From a bacterium (lineage in GTDB: Bacteria; SAR324; NAC60-12), in the NCBI GenBank assembly GCA_965233585.1, contig CBDDTI010000291.1:1-25276 (forward strand): DNA of 25,276 bases, written 5' to 3'. Shown here piece by piece: positions 21,687 through 25,276 of the stretch. The position numbers and the translations under genes were made by a program. Within the stretch, counting starts at the first letter, position 1. Every line of letters begins with the position of its first letter. The notes under the pieces are model-generated. The model ran no database searches, was not told the DNA's origin, and was given only the letters and a program-made list of their open reading frames with translations.

Positions 21687-22066
21687 GTCTTCTTGCATAC
21701 ATTGTTAGAACAGCAAGAGGACAGGAGAAAGATCGAAGTATGAAAAAAATCCCCCGTAAGCTCGATAATTGTAAAAACATTCATTGGCAGAGAGAAAGGA
21801 CCTTCATAACAACTGTATTTACTGGTCCCGCTCACACAAACACGCGCATACACGCTCGCACGCCCTCACTTGTTGGAAGAAGCACAGACACAGTCCGTCA
21901 TATCATTTTTTTTCTTTTCTTTTTCTTTTTTTGTCGACGAAGTTCCCGGGCGACTATTTACTACTCACATGGATTACTCATATGGTAGTCGTTCAACTAA
22001 GCTTATCTTTGCAAAAACACTCCACGAGAATGAAAGAAATATTTTCTTGATGCATCCTTCCCATTC

Positions 22067-22165
<99 letters not shown>

Positions 22166-22983
22166 TAAAGAGGTGTTCACAGTTCAAGTTCTGTTTTCTT
22201 GTCATTGTTGATTGGCAAAAAAAAAGAAATCCATGTATTGAACTGCTCATACTGCCTGCCGTGCTTCAAATAGTTCCCCTGTGTTTGACTCTTCTCCTTT
22301 AGGAACCACCTGTGCACGTACAATTCGTTGTGGAAAAAAATGAAAAAAAAAACTTCCACTGCACAACAAACAATTTCGAGAGATAGCTATGTTTTTTTTT
22401 TTTTTTTTAAATTCTCAAGCCAGAAAAGCTTGGTGACCGGAAAGATTCACCGGAAGAAAAGTAAACCTTACTGTGACTAGGGGGTACTGATGGGATAAAA
22501 ATTCCACTACCCCTACTGTGACATAGAAAAGCTCCATGCCGTCTGCAACTGCAGCACTCTTTGTCAGGGACTATGACCAAACAAAAAAAAATAGATCTGA
22601 TCATGATGAGATACACACAAACAGAAAATTCATCTTTTTCACTTGTTCTGAAAGTTACAAAAAGTTTAGAATGACAATATTCTTTGCTACAGGTTCTCCT
22701 GTTAACGCCTGCCGGGACCGCTCACATTGTTCACACCAAGTTCCACAGTTTCGACAATTCAGATTGATTGCCCTGCTGCTCCGTAAGTTGTCCAGAAATT
22801 TCCTTGACAAAGACCAGGCCAATCCTGGTTGAAACGGAACTGTAAAGAGTTTCCTGACAATTTGATGATGCACAACATTGAACAGAAGAGATCAAAGGAA
22901 TGCCAATAGTTCGCCACAAGGTTTCTTCGGTTGTAGTGAAATGTTGTACTGCTCTGCCTTCGTTCTCTCCTATTTGTGATCGA

Positions 22984-23025
<42 letters not shown>

Positions 23026-23288
23026 ATACATGCTTTCTATTTTTAAGACTGTGTAATTTTTCAGTGGGTGTGTTGGCGGGACTTTGGGTGGTTCTCGAGC
23101 TCGGGTAAGCCATGACCATGCACATGACCTCATCGGCATGAGCGGGGGATACGGTTCTTGGCACTTGTGAGAGTGGGTGAAATTTTAATCCTGAACTTTT
23201 TGCGATGTGACCGCCTTCAGTTAGAATATGAAACGTTGCTGAATGGTACTGCTCAAAAAGTCATTGGAGTTCCAAATAAACTTTGAAC

Positions 23289-23480
23289 AGTGGGTGGAGA
23301 TTGGATAAAGCAGAGTGCTTCTGGTCGGCTAGGTGATTCAGTGTCGTAGGGTTCGAGCCCGGACTTTTCCAGGGTTCAACGGTACAATATGAGCTTCTAG
23401 CCATTGCCTGGAAATCGTCTTTCATTGTACTGAACAGTGTCGGCAATGCTCTCAGTGAGAGGCTGATCAAACACAAGCGA
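23289..23480 (+). mobile_element. Possible degenerate tRNA-derived SINE
   Basis: A-box-like GTGGAGATTGG and B-box GGTTCGAGCCC (23350-23360); no full cloverleaf recognised. Confidence 0.35.
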
Positions 23481-23559
23481 ACTCGCGATACAGTGTGTGA
23501 AAAAGACGGATGAATGGGAAAACGATGCAAACCCAGCAACCAGAGTACAGCCACCCCCT

Positions 23560-23669
<110 letters not shown>

Positions 23670-24285
23670 GCACACGCGAACACACACACACAGCGCCATG
23701 ACCAGTGCATCCCCGTTTACAATTGGACACGGATCACCAAAATGTTAAAGCAATAAGGTAATCCTCAGCAAGAATATACCCCTATATGTACATGCATATG
23801 ACTACATGGCAAGAGGAAGAAAAACCTCAGATAAATGCAGACAAAAAAAAATTGTGTAATGTGTACAGAGAAAAGAATTTGTACAAACGGCAAAGCAGCC
23901 TTGGTCATGGTCATTGATAATGCAATGAAGGACAAAATATAGCGCAGTGATTTTCAGTGGTGTCAGGCCTAAAGGCAGTGTGGTTCAAATATCAAAAACC
24001 AAAGAATAATTACACATTGGTGCACATCAGCCTCAGATTGTTTTTTACAGTCGATTACACATGAGAAATAGCTGGTTGAAAGTGAGCCTTTTGACCACAA
24101 CTAAAATTTGTACAAATCGAGACGGCCACAGACGTCCTTTTCCCAACGAAAGTTATTCGTTCTTGGATGTTGCTTTCCCTCTCAATTGTTGCACTTTCCT
24201 TGGGGTTCCATGTACACTTCTTTTCGTTTAAAGAGTACAACTTTTGCAATGCCCTCTCCCTTTGCAAGATGCGAGCGGGTCATGG

Positions 24286-24393
24286 TCAAAGGATATTGCA
24301 GCAGCGGCAGGCCCGGCGACGGCCACCGTTGGCTGATTGTGACGGAGTGCTCGGCGCAAAGTACGCATGGACTTCAAGATCGGGATGTTGGCT
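24286..24393 (-). CDS. Candidate terminal exon encoding a CaaX-prenylated C-terminus
   Basis: Acceptor cttggtctctgcag| with upstream CTGAC and a (CT)n tract. Phase-0 frame reads SQHPDLEVHAYFAPSTPSQSANGGRRRACRCCNIL*. GC-rich island in an AT-richer context. Confidence 0.55.
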   Translation of the reverse strand, partial: SQHPDLEVHAYFAPSTPSQSANGGRRRACRCCNIL

Positions 24394-24443
24394 CTGCAGA
24401 GACCAAGTTTAGATAGTCAGCAGGATAGAAAAAAATTGAAATG

Positions 24444-24539
<96 letters not shown>

Positions 24540-24643
24540 CAGGAAGTGAGAGCGAAGGCAGGGAGGAGAGGTTGCAAACAAAAATATAAGCAAGAGCTCA
24601 ACTATAAAGATTTCAGCATTTCCACCCCACCAGCACCACCTTA

Positions 24644-24720
24644 GGCCTAACCAAAAAAATTCCTTGTTTCCGGTCGCCCGACCGGGTCACTTTTCCCCAA
24701 ATCGAGAATTTTTTTTTGAA
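24644..24720. mobile_element. Zator-like left terminus (partner end not in window)
   Basis: TTA|GGCCTAACCAAAAAAATTCCTTGTTTCCGGTCGCCCGACC; same architecture as the 12579 element but a different sequence. Confidence 0.55.
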
Positions 24721-25276
24721 AATGTACGCATGCGTGTACCATGTGCATGCGTATATTTGCACGCATTTGAGCGTTCCTGCACGCGGTGAATCAAACTTTT
24801 CCCGGAGAGGCTGACTCTTCACTGCACGAAGTGTTTGTGAACTTGACCCTCCGCTGCCAGGAGCATGTTGAGTTCGCCTACTACTGTATGCTTGTGTGAG
24901 GAAGATGGCTGAAGTTTGCTGCTTTTGTGCTGGTGCAGAAGCAATGCATGATCTGAAGCTTCTGCAGAAATGGAAGGTGGTCCTGCCTATGTGCGATATG
25001 TGTTGCTCTTTGTAAAAGCGCCTATGCGTCAGCCAAAGAAGAAATGACAGCTTCATCAATTGTACAGTTTGAATGTGTCTCATTATTAGTCAGGCTAACT
25101 TGCCACCGCTCTTACCCAACCAGTCACTCATTCACTTAAAAAAAAAACAGTTCGGATCCTGGAATGACGTTTCGGTCGTTGACCGTCGTCAGAAACATTA
25201 GTTTTTCTGTGTGAAGCTTGGACCACATGCGTGTCAGCGTGCTATATAGCAGTGCCGAGTCTGTGATTTTGCTATG

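Noticed and set aside
20587..21853. Long antisense ORFs over the ankyrin gene
   Set aside because: Shadow frames of GC-rich coding DNA with no recognisable motifs.
23289..23365. Functional tRNA gene
   Set aside because: A B-box is present but acceptor and anticodon stems do not form convincingly; kept only as a low-confidence SINE head.

Overview
Animal genomic DNA that reads as two different segments joined near 13.62 kb. Left (1-~13625; AT-rich, CpG-poor, repeat families resembling those of stony corals, by recollection): a decayed Penelope-like retroelement end, the last exon of an unidentified + strand gene, a complete 4-exon PC4/SUB1 gene with a GC-AG intron, and a - strand RDH-like short-chain dehydrogenase that looks pseudogenised (hAT-type element inside a coding exon plus a 1-nt frameshift), with many MITEs. 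Right (~13626-end; more GC/CpG-rich, long microsatellites, different MITE families): two exons of a - strand PNPLA2/ATGL-like lipase whose 5.6-kb intron is packed with DNA-transposon derivatives, a head-to-head apparently intronless BCL3/IkB-like ankyrin gene with two paired compensating frameshifts, and a candidate CaaX-ending terminal exon. The dehydrogenase lacks its 5' exons and the lipase its 3' exons toward the breakpoint, so the window is probably chimeric. I found no convincing novel multi-gene system. Most six-frame ORFs are spurious. All family assignments are by eye, without database searches.
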